Notes under the pieces: generated by a model
The model's database searches: none
What the model saw: only the letters and a program-made list of their open reading frames with translations
Told to the model about the DNA's origin: nothing
In this document: positions 38,242 to 48,689 of the stretch, one piece after another
How positions within the stretch are numbered: position 1 is the first letter of the stretch
Layout of the letters: each line of letters begins with the position of its first letter
Program-made: the position numbers and the translations under genes
Assembly (NCBI GenBank): GCA_964458565.1
Contig: CAYWJO010000011.1
Span: forward strand, 1-64,000
Direction: 5' to 3'
Source: an uncultured archaeon
GTDB taxonomy: Archaea; Asgardarchaeota; Thorarchaeia; Thorarchaeales; Thorarchaeaceae
DNA: 64,000 nucleotides

Positions 38242-39021
38242 GTGTTGAACTACTTGAATCTCGCTGGGCCCGTCTATAGACTGTACGAGTATTGGCTTTA
38301 CCAACAATTGGACAAAAAGAAAGCCCCCCATCATGTCGGTATCATTCTAGATGGTAATAGACGATATGCCCGTGAACATGGAATTGACATGCCATGGTTT
38401 GGCCACCATAAAGGTGCTCAGAAAGTCATGGAAGTTCTTCGCATTCTTTGGGAGGCTGGAGTGAAGGTATGTACCCTCTATGCCTTCTCAGCTGAGAATT
38501 TCGATCGTACAGATGATGAGATTAATGAAATCATGATAATTGCACGTGAAAAGTTCAATGAGGTTGTCGGTAACCCAGATGTTCATCGTCATCGTGTTCG
38601 AATCAGAGCAATCGGACGAACTGACCTTTTACCAGAAGAAGTTCAGGATTCAATTCAGCTTGCTGAAGCAGAAACCGCACAATATAGCGATCATATATTG
38701 AACGTAGCAATCAGCTACACAGGGAGAGCTGAGCTCGTTGATGCTGTTCGTTCGATTGGGGAGAAGATACAGTCTGGTGAGTTATCACCGAGTGCTATCG
38801 ATGAGCGTGTGATTGAAACCCATCTCTATACCAATGGTGTTCCTGATCCCGACCTCATCATACGTACTAGTGGTGAAGAGCGCCTCTCTGGATTCTTACT
38901 CTGGCAATCTGCATATTCTGAGCTCTATTTTGCTCAAATTTACTGGCCTGCAGTGAGAAGGATAGACATCTGGCGTGCATTGCGATCGTATGAAAAACGA
39001 CACCGACGTTATGGAAAATAA
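38242..39021 (+). CDS. uppS: cis-Prenyltransferase (polyprenyl diphosphate synthase)
   Basis: HVGIILDGNRR, YAFSAENF, DPDLIIRTSGEERLSGFLLWQ, RRYG. Confidence 0.95.
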   Translation: MLNYLNLAGPVYRLYEYWLYQQLDKKKAPHHVGIILDGNRRYAREHGIDMPWFGHHKGAQKVMEVLRILWEAGVKVCTLYAFSAENFDRTDDEINEIMIIAREKFNEVVGNPDVHRHRVRIRAIGRTDLLPEEVQDSIQLAEAETAQYSDHILNVAISYTGRAELVDAVRSIGEKIQSGELSPSAIDERVIETHLYTNGVPDPDLIIRTSGEERLSGFLLWQSAYSELYFAQIYWPAVRRIDIWRALRSYEKRHRRYGK

Positions 39022-39132
39022 AATAGCCATCAATAGCAAACGTTACACAGCCTTTTATGTAATATGACTTGAAATGTACGATGGAATAGAACTGAGTCGG
39101 AATCTTGTAAAACGAACAGGAGAAAAACGCTC

Positions 39133-40329
39133 TTGACGAGAAGGCCAATTGATGTGTATCGGGGAATAATGGAGTCACAGCTGGACTCAGGTCTCTCTCC
39201 ACACATCACATCTTTTGTGAATCAATTTTCTGATTATACGTTTGCTGGACATCCTGTTTCAGCACATATTACGAGATTTCTTGACATAATTGCGCGATTG
39301 GTAGCATATCTGGATTCAAGAACAGTCGCTGGACTTGAAGATCTCACCCTCGCAATTGACACTCTTGATTATTTTTCATCATCATCAAAATGGTGGAATA
39401 TTGAACGCAAGGATCCCAGTTTCATAATTAAACCTCCTGCACAAGACCCCCGAGAACTCATGGGATTGTTAGCTAACGTAACAGTCGATAGTGGAACAAT
39501 GAGCAGAATCACAGGTTCTATTGAACGCCTAGCTAGATTTCTAGATGAGCATAAGTTCACTCACCAAGAAGCATCTGATAAGCTGTCTGAATCTTTGGCA
39601 TCAATGTGGGTCTTACTAAGTGCATTTGCCTGCAAGGGGCAAGGTCGTAATGTCACATCCGAGAATGACTTTGAGATTGCTTATGATACTGTACGCATAC
39701 TGCTCTTTCATTGTACACGCGATAATTTTAGAACACTGACTTCAGTTCGCTTACTCGGAATGAGCAGCAAGCTAGCAAAAGTAACAACAATCGGGATCTC
39801 TCCCGGGTTTGAAGACAGATTAGATTCTTCCATTGCTTCCACGCTTGAAAATTCGTATCATGAAGAATCCAATGCTCCAACTCACAAACTATCTACCTCT
39901 ATACGTCATGTGTTTACAAATTCTCTTAGACTGCTATCGCAACTTGAGGCTCTTGAGCGCGGTCTTGACAGAATAGAAGCTTCTGATTATCAGAGTGTTA
40001 TTAGGGGTGCGTTAGACAGGCTATCTTCTATGAATATCGATGAAGGAATTCTGCACACTGAGACCCTTGCGATAGGGCTATTCAAGAGAACCGAATTATC
40101 AGAAGAATTAGTTCAAAGAATGGACCTACTTGCTCGGCGTCTTGAGGGACTCATTGTAGCTGCAACAGGAAATCGGGAGTTTCTATTCAAGTATAGTAAA
40201 CTTGTTCCAAGATTGTTGTCTTTGATACTCCTCTTAGCAGGTGGTACTATTGATAAGTCTAGGAACTCCGTTGAATATGATGACATCGAGCGAGCCATGA
40301 TTTTAGTTCACTCATTATTCAGCAGCTAA
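39133..40329 (+). CDS. Helical hypothetical protein with four lid/histone-fold-like repeats
   Basis: 398-aa ORF with four R-x-[TNS]-V-x(2,3)-D-x(3)-A-like motifs. Confidence 0.75.
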   Translation: MTRRPIDVYRGIMESQLDSGLSPHITSFVNQFSDYTFAGHPVSAHITRFLDIIARLVAYLDSRTVAGLEDLTLAIDTLDYFSSSSKWWNIERKDPSFIIKPPAQDPRELMGLLANVTVDSGTMSRITGSIERLARFLDEHKFTHQEASDKLSESLASMWVLLSAFACKGQGRNVTSENDFEIAYDTVRILLFHCTRDNFRTLTSVRLLGMSSKLAKVTTIGISPGFEDRLDSSIASTLENSYHEESNAPTHKLSTSIRHVFTNSLRLLSQLEALERGLDRIEASDYQSVIRGALDRLSSMNIDEGILHTETLAIGLFKRTELSEELVQRMDLLARRLEGLIVAATGNREFLFKYSKLVPRLLSLILLLAGGTIDKSRNSVEYDDIERAMILVHSLFSS

Positions 40330-40337
40330 TTCTTTAA

Positions 40338-41084
40338 CTAGTGCTCAGCAGTTTCTTTTTTATCCGGATTTTCGATTAGAATTCTTGCATCAACAACAAG
40401 AGCACCTTTACCCTTTTCATACACAAATGTGGGATTGCAGTCTAGTTCAGTAATTTCTGGGTTTTCATCAATCATTTTGGATACTTTCATGATAATTTCT
40501 ACAAGTGCATCCACATCTCTTGGTGCCTGACCTCTGATACCTTCCAATATCTTTACTGCCTTAATTTCATTAATCATCTCACGCGCGTCTATTTCCTCCA
40601 TGGGAATTAGTCTAAAGGTGACATCCTTCAGAACCTCAACGAAAATACCACCAAGTCCAAACATAAGTGCATGACCGAACTGTGGATCACGCGTGACACC
40701 CACAATGACCTCTGTGCCTTGTTCAGCAAAATCTGTGATGAATACACCCCTGCTCAAGTCAATTGTGATACCTTTCTTTTCTCCATACTTCTTCGCATTT
40801 TCCATTATCTCATCGAACGCCTTTCGGACTTCTTCCTCGCTCTTAAGATTGAGTTTTACTCCACCTGCATCCGACTTGTGTAAAACGTCTTTAGATAATA
40901 TCTTCAAGACGACTGGGAATCCAACTTCCTTAGACTTTGCTACAGCCTCATCAGCAGTAGCAGCAGTCGCATAAGGTGGTATCGGAATTCCATATTCTCT
41001 CATAATATCTTTCGCTTCATGTTCAAGAACGAAGGTACGTCCTTCTTCCAATGCCGTCTTGAAAATCTTCTTTGCTAACTTCAT
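40338..41084 (-). CDS. acdB: ADP-forming acyl-CoA synthetase, beta (ATP-grasp) subunit
   Basis: GFPVVLKI, HKSDAGGV, DPQFG, FGLGGIFVE, ELDCNP, VDAR. Confidence 0.93.
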   Translation of the reverse strand: MKLAKKIFKTALEEGRTFVLEHEAKDIMREYGIPIPPYATAATADEAVAKSKEVGFPVVLKILSKDVLHKSDAGGVKLNLKSEEEVRKAFDEIMENAKKYGEKKGITIDLSRGVFITDFAEQGTEVIVGVTRDPQFGHALMFGLGGIFVEVLKDVTFRLIPMEEIDAREMINEIKAVKILEGIRGQAPRDVDALVEIIMKVSKMIDENPEITELDCNPTFVYEKGKGALVVDARILIENPDKKETAEH

Positions 41085-41127
41085 TATCTTAGACCTCTGA
41101 CACTATTTTCTGTTTGACTTGTTGTAT

Positions 41128-42570
41128 TTATGGTTTCTCGGAACCCTTTGCCTTAATGAATTTGTCACCATACTTGATTTCCCCGTATCGAGCTAGAGCC
41201 CATGCTGCAAGAGCACCCTTTTCACCAGTAGCATAAGTAGGCACACCCATCAATTCCATTATTTCCCCAGCTTTTCTAGTGAATGCTCCGCCCTGTGATA
41301 CTACTATGAATGGCTTTCCTGACTGTCTTTGCCAATTGGAAATCACATTAGTTATTTCCATTCCTAGTGTGGGTGTTTGAAGTAGCATACCAACTACGAA
41401 AATATCGTATTCTTCACTCTTTATTGCTTCATCAAATACAACATCATATCTATTCGAGTCTGAATCACCAACCACATCACAGGGATTGCCCCATGCACAA
41501 TATGAAGGAAGTCTCTCTGCGAGCCTCTTGTCTAGTTCTTGGGACGGATGGGGCATAGCAAGATCTAATGCATCAAGGGCATCTGTAGTCATGACTCCCA
41601 ATCCCCCACCGTTGGTTATCATTAACACACGATTTCCTTTTGCCGGAGGCTGCAGAGCAAGTGCTTTTGCCATATCAAACATCTCCTCGAAGTTCTGCGC
41701 TCTAATGATTCCTGATTGATGGTATGCGGCATCAGCTACATTGTCTGAACCTGCTAAGGAGCCGGTATGTGATATTGCTGCTTCCATTGCTCGTGCACTC
41801 CTGCCTGACTTCACCACAAGAACTGGCTTGTTCTTTGTGACATTCTGTGCAGTCTCAAAGAAAGACCGTCCTTTTCCTGGGTCATAACCCTCAGTGTAAT
41901 AGCAAATCACTTGAGTAGATGTATCCTCACCCAGAAAACATAACAAGTCATCATCATCGACATCACATTTGTTCCCCAATGAAATCAGCTTACTGATACC
42001 AAGACCAAGCTCTGAGGTCCAATCTGAAATAGCTGCAGCAAATGCACCTGATTGTGAAACAAGTGAGATATTTGCGACATTGCTTGCCCTTGGTCTTCCG
42101 CATCTATGTTCAGGAAGGAAGAATGTATCAACATGTGTATGCGTATCAATCACACCAACACAGTTTGGACCAATAATTCGGATACCATTCTGTCTTCCAA
42201 TGGCCACAATTTCATTCTCAAGCTCAGTACCTCTCTCACCTGTTTCAGAAAAACCACCTGAGATGACTATAGCTGCTCTAATACCTTTCTTTGCAATATC
42301 ATCAAAGACCATAGGCGCATAACGTGCCGGTACTGCTACAACAACCATATCTATTTGATCGGGAATATCTTGCAGGGTTGGATAACAGGGGATGCCTAGT
42401 ACATTATCATACTTCGGATTAACTGCGTATACCTTTCCAGTATAATGTGGTTTGATGAAGTTCTGTACGATTGCCTGTCCTACACTGTTTGGTGATGCTG
42501 AGGCTCCATATATGGCCACAGTCTTGGCAGAGAAGAACAAATCCAAGTCGGAAGTCACGCAATGTACCAC
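41128..42570 (-). CDS. acdA: ADP-forming acyl-CoA synthetase, alpha subunit
   Basis: GAS, GGFSE, GPNCVG, SQSGA, SHTGSLAG, TNGGG. Confidence 0.93.
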   Translation of the reverse strand: MVHCVTSDLDLFFSAKTVAIYGASASPNSVGQAIVQNFIKPHYTGKVYAVNPKYDNVLGIPCYPTLQDIPDQIDMVVVAVPARYAPMVFDDIAKKGIRAAIVISGGFSETGERGTELENEIVAIGRQNGIRIIGPNCVGVIDTHTHVDTFFLPEHRCGRPRASNVANISLVSQSGAFAAAISDWTSELGLGISKLISLGNKCDVDDDDLLCFLGEDTSTQVICYYTEGYDPGKGRSFFETAQNVTKNKPVLVVKSGRSARAMEAAISHTGSLAGSDNVADAAYHQSGIIRAQNFEEMFDMAKALALQPPAKGNRVLMITNGGGLGVMTTDALDALDLAMPHPSQELDKRLAERLPSYCAWGNPCDVVGDSDSNRYDVVFDEAIKSEEYDIFVVGMLLQTPTLGMEITNVISNWQRQSGKPFIVVSQGGAFTRKAGEIMELMGVPTYATGEKGALAAWALARYGEIKYGDKFIKAKGSEKP

Positions 42571-42664
42571 AGTAAGGCTCTCCTACTAAGTAAGTGACAT
42601 AACCCCTTTTTCATAGCCTATACTTGTAGCTTGTTGTGTGGTATCAATATCCTAATAGCAAATT

Positions 42665-43708
42665 ATGAGAACCCCAGCATTGAGAATAATGACCTTTGAT
42701 ATTGATGAGGATGGTCCTCTAGTCATGCAGTCATCGATTGAGGAATTAGATAACTGGATATTGAAAGGATTCGGGATACGTACCCAGAACTTCGGACAAG
42801 ACATCTTTTTCTATAGTCCTACATCCTATCCTCACAATATTGAAGATCATCGTATTTCCAATACAGATAATTTTGTATCCCTTAGTGTAACGGGTACCAG
42901 CTGTTCTCTTATGTGTAAACACTGTGAGGGACGCTTTCTGAAAGGAATGGAACCGACTATCACTCCTGAAGCGCTGTATGAAAGATGCGAAGAAGTATTT
43001 CAGAATGAAGGTGAAGGCGTACTAATCAGTGGTGGCTCTAATTCAAGAGGTCATGTTGTACTTGATAGATTTGTGGATACGATTTCCAAGGTCAAACGAA
43101 ACTTGAATCTCAAAGTTGTTGTCCACACAGGTTTGGTTGATGAAGATACTGCTCAAAAACTTGGACAAGCAGGCATAGATGCGGCAATGCTTGATATAAT
43201 TGGAGATGATGCAGTTTCAGAGGATGTCTATCGAATTCCAGATGGTCCAGAAAAGATGAACCGTTCAATGGCCTTATTATATGAGCAAGGCATTCCTTTA
43301 GTGCCTCATTTACTGGTTGGTCTAAACTATGGTCATCTGTCTGGAGAGCTAAAGGCTTTACAGATGATTTCCTCATTCAAACCTGAAGCTGTTGTGGTGA
43401 TTGCGTTAAATCCGATACGAAATACCGCAATGGAACATGCAACACCACCTTCCCCTGAGAATATCGGCCGAGTTCTTACCGTGGCGCGTCTTGGGATGCC
43501 TACAAGCCCACTTCTACTCGGTTGTGCTCGTCCGTTAGGGAAACACAAAATTGACACCGATCTATATGCGGTAAGATGTGGAGTCAATGGAATTGCTTAC
43601 GCAAGCCAAGATGGTGTTGATTTTGCTAAGTCAAAAGGTCTTAGTCCTATATTCAGAGATGTGTGTTGTAGTCTTGCATACCAGATGATTGGCTCAATCG
43701 GTTTCTGA
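42665..43708 (+). CDS. Radical SAM protein (COG1856-like)
   Basis: SVTGTSCSLMCKHC, LISGG, HTG, VPH, LGCARP. Confidence 0.88.
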   Translation: MRTPALRIMTFDIDEDGPLVMQSSIEELDNWILKGFGIRTQNFGQDIFFYSPTSYPHNIEDHRISNTDNFVSLSVTGTSCSLMCKHCEGRFLKGMEPTITPEALYERCEEVFQNEGEGVLISGGSNSRGHVVLDRFVDTISKVKRNLNLKVVVHTGLVDEDTAQKLGQAGIDAAMLDIIGDDAVSEDVYRIPDGPEKMNRSMALLYEQGIPLVPHLLVGLNYGHLSGELKALQMISSFKPEAVVVIALNPIRNTAMEHATPPSPENIGRVLTVARLGMPTSPLLLGCARPLGKHKIDTDLYAVRCGVNGIAYASQDGVDFAKSKGLSPIFRDVCCSLAYQMIGSIGF

Positions 43709-44240
43709 CTAACCATCCTACTAATTCATATCCCCCATCAAAAAACCAGAGTCCTACAGCTGCAAAGAGGAATGGAGGCCAGGGGATTGAAAGGAGTAAG
43801 ACTGATAGTTTGAGAGTGAGCCTGTAAGCAAAGAAACGGCTTGCTCTAGGTGAAGCGGTTTCATCTGCCCAATCATTACCTCGTTCATCTAAGATTGCAG
43901 CAAGTAGCAAGCATACCAGCAAAGCGAGCCATCCAAACCAATCTGATATTGGTGGTACACCAAGAATTAACAAAATACCGAAGATAGCTGCGAATCCTCC
44001 TAGATATCCAACACTGTCTACTTTTCCAGAAAGAATCACACCAATAATGATTGCTGATAATAAAACCAGGTCCCATTCGGATACAGCCATGAGAATACCG
44101 AAGAACACGCCTGCTAAAGCTAATGGCGCTCCTGCTAAAGAGGGACGTTCCAGCTCATCAAGCAGATCATCACCCAGCTTGAGCGAAACTCCAGCAGAAA
44201 AATAAACACTGAGATACAGGATAAACTCAAACTCGGTCAT
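43653..44240 (-). CDS. Integral membrane protein
   Basis: ~6 TM helices with KLGDD, GKVD and LDE motifs. Confidence 0.75.
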   Translation of the reverse strand: MTEFEFILYLSVYFSAGVSLKLGDDLLDELERPSLAGAPLALAGVFFGILMAVSEWDLVLLSAIIIGVILSGKVDSVGYLGGFAAIFGILLILGVPPISDWFGWLALLVCLLLAAILDERGNDWADETASPRASRFFAYRLTLKLSVLLLSIPWPPFLFAAVGLWFFDGGYELVGWLVRNRLSQSSGMQDYNTHL

Positions 44241-44289
44241 CGTATTTACTCCGGAGTTAAAGGTGGCCCCTCAGCCTAGTAGTGCTGTC

Positions 44290-45001
44290 CCTCAGCCTAA
44301 CTATGACACTTCATCGCTCGTTTTGAGCATTAGTAGCCAATTGACATCATCAGGACAGCATTTTGAAATAGATTATTTCAGTCTTATAGTTTTGTAAAGA
44401 GAATCAAACCTTTTGGCTACTTTGAAACTCAATTTCATGAAATCCAATTATAAATAACTCATTGAACTACGAGAATATTTTTTATAAACCACCATAATCA
44501 TATATTTATCAAAAGATTCAATGATTCATTAACTAAATAAGTGAACTCCAACTATATACCTATTTTAACTGATATAAGAATCAGCACGCTTCTGAGCATC
44601 TTTCTCAGTACGACCAAGCTTGACTTGTTCTGCACTGATCTTTTCGTATCTCTCCTCAAACACATCATACGCTCGCTTGAGGAAGAGCATACCAAAGATG
44701 TATTCCTTGAACTCAGCAGCATCCATCTTTCCACGAAGGATATCAGCAGCTGCAAAGAGATGACGTTCTAGTTGTTGAAGGGTCAATCGTGCCATTTGTT
44801 TAGCGCCCCATCTCAAACATCCTGAATAGATTCGAAATGCCAACTGTTGTACAAAACTCTTTCCTAACCAATCTCATAATTGACTATACATCACCATAAT
44901 CAAAGTGGTGACACTGGTAAGGGTAGGGTGGAACGCATGAGTTTCTTATTGTTGAGATTCACTCACTATAGAAATAGGTCAGCCTCAGCCTAACTATGAC
45001 A
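44290..45001. mobile_element. Relic integrated element bounded by 19-bp direct repeats
   Basis: CCTCAGCCTAACTATGACA at 44290-44308 and 44983-45001; AT-rich interior with an hsdM fragment. Confidence 0.6.
44565..44795 (-). pseudogene. hsdM: Truncated type I restriction-modification M subunit (N-terminal domain only)
   Basis: [33 protein letters not shown], ending after 76 aa. Confidence 0.85.
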
Positions 45002-45029
45002 ATGATGTATCTTGCTATAGAAATCGGTC

Positions 45030-45314
45030 CTATTCAAGAATTACAGGAGTCCCAATCGCTTGTCCAGGCAGGTTCGTCCGGAATTTTGCTCGGACAGCTC
45101 CACTATTACCATGAGGTCCAAGAATCTTTCCAAGAATCTCTTTTCCAGCCTCGGATGTCCATTTGACTTTCCTTCCAACAAGTGTAGATGCTTCAGCTTT
45201 TGTTTTTATCTCATCAAATACTAAAAGGACCTGATTTGGATGCTGGAGATGTTTTCCTCTACGATAGCTTGTAACGACGCCTTCTAGGCCCTTTTTCAAT
45301 TCACTCTTAGACAT
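45030..45314 (-). CDS. rpl35ae: 50S ribosomal protein L35Ae (eL33)
   Basis: SYRRG..Q.PNQ, GKI..PHGNSGAVRAKF..NLPGQA. Confidence 0.93.
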   Translation of the reverse strand: MSKSELKKGLEGVVTSYRRGKHLQHPNQVLLVFDEIKTKAEASTLVGRKVKWTSEAGKEILGKILGPHGNSGAVRAKFRTNLPGQAIGTPVILE

Positions 45315-45383
45315 CTGGTCTAACTCCTGTTGGCAATTCTCGTTCACGCCCTTCGAGATTCATATAAGACTTACTGAATGGAT

Positions 45384-46019
45384 TCATTCTAGGTCTAATC
45401 CATCAGTTTCAGAGGTAGGCATTCCTGCTTTTGCTATTCTTTTCTCTTCGGATTCTAGTATTACACTTTTCCCCTTCTCTAGTAGGACATCTCGAACCGA
45501 ATAGCCCAATGGATCCTTGAGCTGTGCAATCCTGAAAAGTGCAAACCAAGTATGGCCATCACTATTCTCCTTTGCACTATAGAGATCATCGACAATCACT
45601 CGAGCCTTACTAATTATATCAACTGATGAACTGATTTCCATCACTAAATCTCGCTCTTTTTCATTTACCTGTTTGACTCTCCATACCATTTGTGCAGAAC
45701 TTAATCCTGCTAATCCTAATACGAAAGCAACAATTACTACTGCATTCAAAAGCTCTGGTAAGAGGCTGGAATAGTACGCTAATACCAAGACGACAGAAAC
45801 CAGCACAGAAAGAAAGACAATTGCATCGAGGATTGCATTTCCTAATCTAGTCACTCGCCATTTGTAATATCTTGAGAGTGGATTTTTTGGAGTCCTGAAA
45901 TGTGTGATATCCGTGATATATGCATCGCGCGCTCTTCTGTTTATCAAAATCATGAAAAATTGGATGACAAGTGCTGCAAGTATTGTCTGATAAATTGCTA
46001 TTTCAACAGGAGTTTGCAT
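45384..46019 (-). CDS. Membrane hypothetical protein
   Basis: 211-aa ORF with 3 TM helices and a soluble C-terminus. Confidence 0.7.
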   Translation of the reverse strand: MQTPVEIAIYQTILAALVIQFFMILINRRARDAYITDITHFRTPKNPLSRYYKWRVTRLGNAILDAIVFLSVLVSVVLVLAYYSSLLPELLNAVVIVAFVLGLAGLSSAQMVWRVKQVNEKERDLVMEISSSVDIISKARVIVDDLYSAKENSDGHTWFALFRIAQLKDPLGYSVRDVLLEKGKSVILESEEKRIAKAGMPTSETDGLDLE

Positions 46020-46166
46020 TTGATATTCTCAATAGTACATTACGTTTAAGGCTATTGAACGTGGAAATCATCGATTACTTTCGGAATCCTCTCCATGCAA
46101 ATCATGTTCGCTTAAACAGACAATCGCTTTCCAGAAAGCTGAACCTTACATAAGCCCTCATAGAAA

Positions 46167-46243
46167 TGGGATTAGTTAGAAAGCTTAGCGTGTTCGGGTC
46201 CTGCCCTCCCGGAATTCGACCTGGACTCGCTCCCACTTTTTTT
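46167..46243 (+). ncRNA. Candidate small structured RNA
   Basis: GC-rich stem AGCG-GTTCGGGTC/GACCTGGAC-CGCT followed by T7 in an intergenic gap. Confidence 0.3.
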
Positions 46244-46288
46244 CGATATACGAATGACTTATCTCCGTTATAGACACGATGCCAACTT

Positions 46289-47215
46289 GTGTCCCTCATG
46301 AAGCGTGTCATTCACATCAATCTGGATCGCGTTAACTCGCTCAAGGATTTTGTACAATCCATGGATGATGTTGGTGTACTGGGAGCTGGTCGCTTAGGCA
46401 GAGCGTCAAATATTGTATCTCGCATGTTCGAGGATAAAGACTGCTTCACTTATCTCGCTATGTCTGGTCCTATGGTTCCTGGTGGTCTACGAGAAATCAT
46501 CAGAATGCTTGTCGAAAGGGATTTAATTGATGCTATAGTGACGAGTGGTGCCAATATTGTACATGACCTCGTGGAAGCGTATGGTGGTGCTCACTATAGA
46601 GTTCCGCAAGGTAAGAATGATTCAGAATTACGAGAAGCTGGTATGGGCCGCATTGCTGATATATTTGTAAGCGAAGCAGATTTTGAAATCTTTGAGAAGA
46701 GAATCTATGAGTTTCTGGACTCTTTGACAAACGAGAAAAGAACTTCACTTGCACCAAGTGAGTTTCTCAGAGAGCTTGGTATGACATTTGAAGATAACAA
46801 GTCGATTGTCCACCAAGCAGCACTACATGATGTACCAATATTCTCCCCCGGTCTCATGGACTCCATGCTCGGTTTTCACCTGTATACATATAGCACCATG
46901 AAGGAGCTCTCTCTAGATTTTGTGAAAGACCTCAGAATTCTCGGAAGCATTGTTACAGAAACAAAGAAAACTGGCGCAATCATGCTTGGTGGAGGTCTTA
47001 CAAAGCATTTCACAATGGGTAGTACAATTCTCCGAGGAGGACTAGATTTAGCGGTTCAAATAACAATGGATCGTCCCGAGGGGGGAAGCCTTGGAGGCGC
47101 CCCTTTGGAAGAGGGGGTCTCATGGCAGAAAGTTCAGACTAAAGCCAACTTCGAGACCGTAATAGGTGATGCCACTATCATATTTCCTTTGATGATTCTA
47201 GGGACTCTCCCGTAG
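46289..47215 (+). CDS. dys: Deoxyhypusine synthase
   Basis: GLR, IVTSGANIVHD, GGG..KH, GSLGGAPLEEGVSWQK, DATI.FP. Confidence 0.93.
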   Translation: MSLMKRVIHINLDRVNSLKDFVQSMDDVGVLGAGRLGRASNIVSRMFEDKDCFTYLAMSGPMVPGGLREIIRMLVERDLIDAIVTSGANIVHDLVEAYGGAHYRVPQGKNDSELREAGMGRIADIFVSEADFEIFEKRIYEFLDSLTNEKRTSLAPSEFLRELGMTFEDNKSIVHQAALHDVPIFSPGLMDSMLGFHLYTYSTMKELSLDFVKDLRILGSIVTETKKTGAIMLGGGLTKHFTMGSTILRGGLDLAVQITMDRPEGGSLGGAPLEEGVSWQKVQTKANFETVIGDATIIFPLMILGTLP

Positions 47216-47938
47216 TGGTCCATCAACATATCCAGCTTCTATTCCAGATTGAAGTCTTCTTCTGAGGAGAGCTCCAATATCCGTCAGAATGATTCCTGCA
47301 AGAAATGCAAGACCAAATTCTGCAAGTACAATGATCTCAGTATACCAGTTGCCGTAAATTATTCGATATGCCGCCTCAAGAATCAGGAATATGGTTGCTA
47401 CAACGAGAGAGGCCATTATACCGATACGGAAAAGCTGGCTTGCACGAGTTGCTTTTGATGTGATAGGCTTGAATTTCAATTCAGGGTCAGTTGCTTTCGC
47501 ACGAACAAAACGACCTTCCAATGTCTGTGCCTTGAAGAATGCTTCAACCTCTTCTATTCCAATCTCGTACATATTCGCGGAAATATACGTAACTCTTGTG
47601 TACTTCAGCGCAGCACCTCCGCTGAAGATAGTTAATACTGCAATCACAATGATGAACAATATTCCCTCTACGAGGATAAAGAGCGCAATAAGAACAACCG
47701 CGGCTAGCATAATGATGATGCATAAGATATCTATGACGGCAGCAAATGATTCTGACATTCCTTTGGATGTGACCTTCATAGCTTTTTTCGCGTCTTTCAC
47801 TCCAACCCACGTATGGTCTGCTTGTAAACTCAAGGGCATTCCAAAATGCTTCTCAATCGAACCTGTTATTTCGTCCTTACCTCTTCCATAGACTGCTAGA
47901 TTGATCCATGTACTAGCATCACTTGTTTCACTACTCAT
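47198..47938 (-). CDS. Membrane hypothetical protein
   Basis: 246-aa ORF with ~4 TM helices. Confidence 0.7.
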   Translation of the reverse strand: MSSETSDASTWINLAVYGRGKDEITGSIEKHFGMPLSLQADHTWVGVKDAKKAMKVTSKGMSESFAAVIDILCIIIMLAAVVLIALFILVEGILFIIVIAVLTIFSGGAALKYTRVTYISANMYEIGIEEVEAFFKAQTLEGRFVRAKATDPELKFKPITSKATRASQLFRIGIMASLVVATIFLILEAAYRIIYGNWYTEIIVLAEFGLAFLAGIILTDIGALLRRRLQSGIEAGYVDGPLRESP

Positions 47939-48023
47939 GGCGCATTCCCTAACCTTTCACGAATCTTGCATAATCCGAAGTAGTGTTTTCTAATCAATAC
48001 TTCTATTGAAGGTTTGAACCTTG

Positions 48024-48464
48024 TCACTCTTCTCCATGAGTTATTGACACATCTTGGTCAAAGAGACTCGTGGTGAAGATCCACCCCAGTCCGAGTGCAA
48101 TCAATGAGAAACTCAGACCCAATAGAATTCCCAACTGACGAAGATCCACACTAAGCATACCAATCAGAAATCCATAAACTGATGGACTGATTGCGAAAAA
48201 CGATACGAGAATAGCACCTCCCAATGGTTGAATCTTCTTGTTATCCCGAAAATATCTGTAGAACAGTGACTGTATTCCAATACTGGTCGGCATCATGGCA
48301 ATAAGAATCAATGAAAACAAAGTAACTTCCGTACCTTGTGGATTAGGATTTTCTGGAAAAATGAATCCGAATAATGTGAAGATACCGATACAAACAGCAA
48401 CATAAATCCAAACAAACCTTGCTCTCCTGAGCTGCTGGTCCTTACTTAATATTCTCTCTCCCAT
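48024..48464 (-). CDS. Four-TM membrane hypothetical protein
   Basis: 146-aa hydrophobic ORF. Confidence 0.7.
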   Translation of the reverse strand: MGERILSKDQQLRRARFVWIYVAVCIGIFTLFGFIFPENPNPQGTEVTLFSLILIAMMPTSIGIQSLFYRYFRDNKKIQPLGGAILVSFFAISPSVYGFLIGMLSVDLRQLGILLGLSFSLIALGLGWIFTTSLFDQDVSITHGEE

Positions 48465-48689
48465 AATTCACGCCTTATGTCATTATTCTTGTATTGTATT
48501 CACTCAAAAATCTTGCCAACGGAAGAATCAGTAAGCACTGGAACGCAATCTTGTTGCTAGTCTCGCATGTGTAGATTTTCATAAAAGAGCATCTTTACTT
48601 TATTGAATGGATTTAAATAAAATCGTACGAATGGTCGGCAGATTGGAATCAAATACTTCACACACATCCAACGAGTTTTCAAATCCAAA

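Noticed and set aside
44268-44308. Mini-CRISPR array
   Set aside because: Repeats are too short, spacing is 21 bp and then ~690 bp, and there are no cas genes
46200-46230. tRNA or tRNA-Sec remnant (T-arm-like CCAGGTCGAATTCCGG on the minus strand)
   Set aside because: No D arm, anticodon arm or matching acceptor strand
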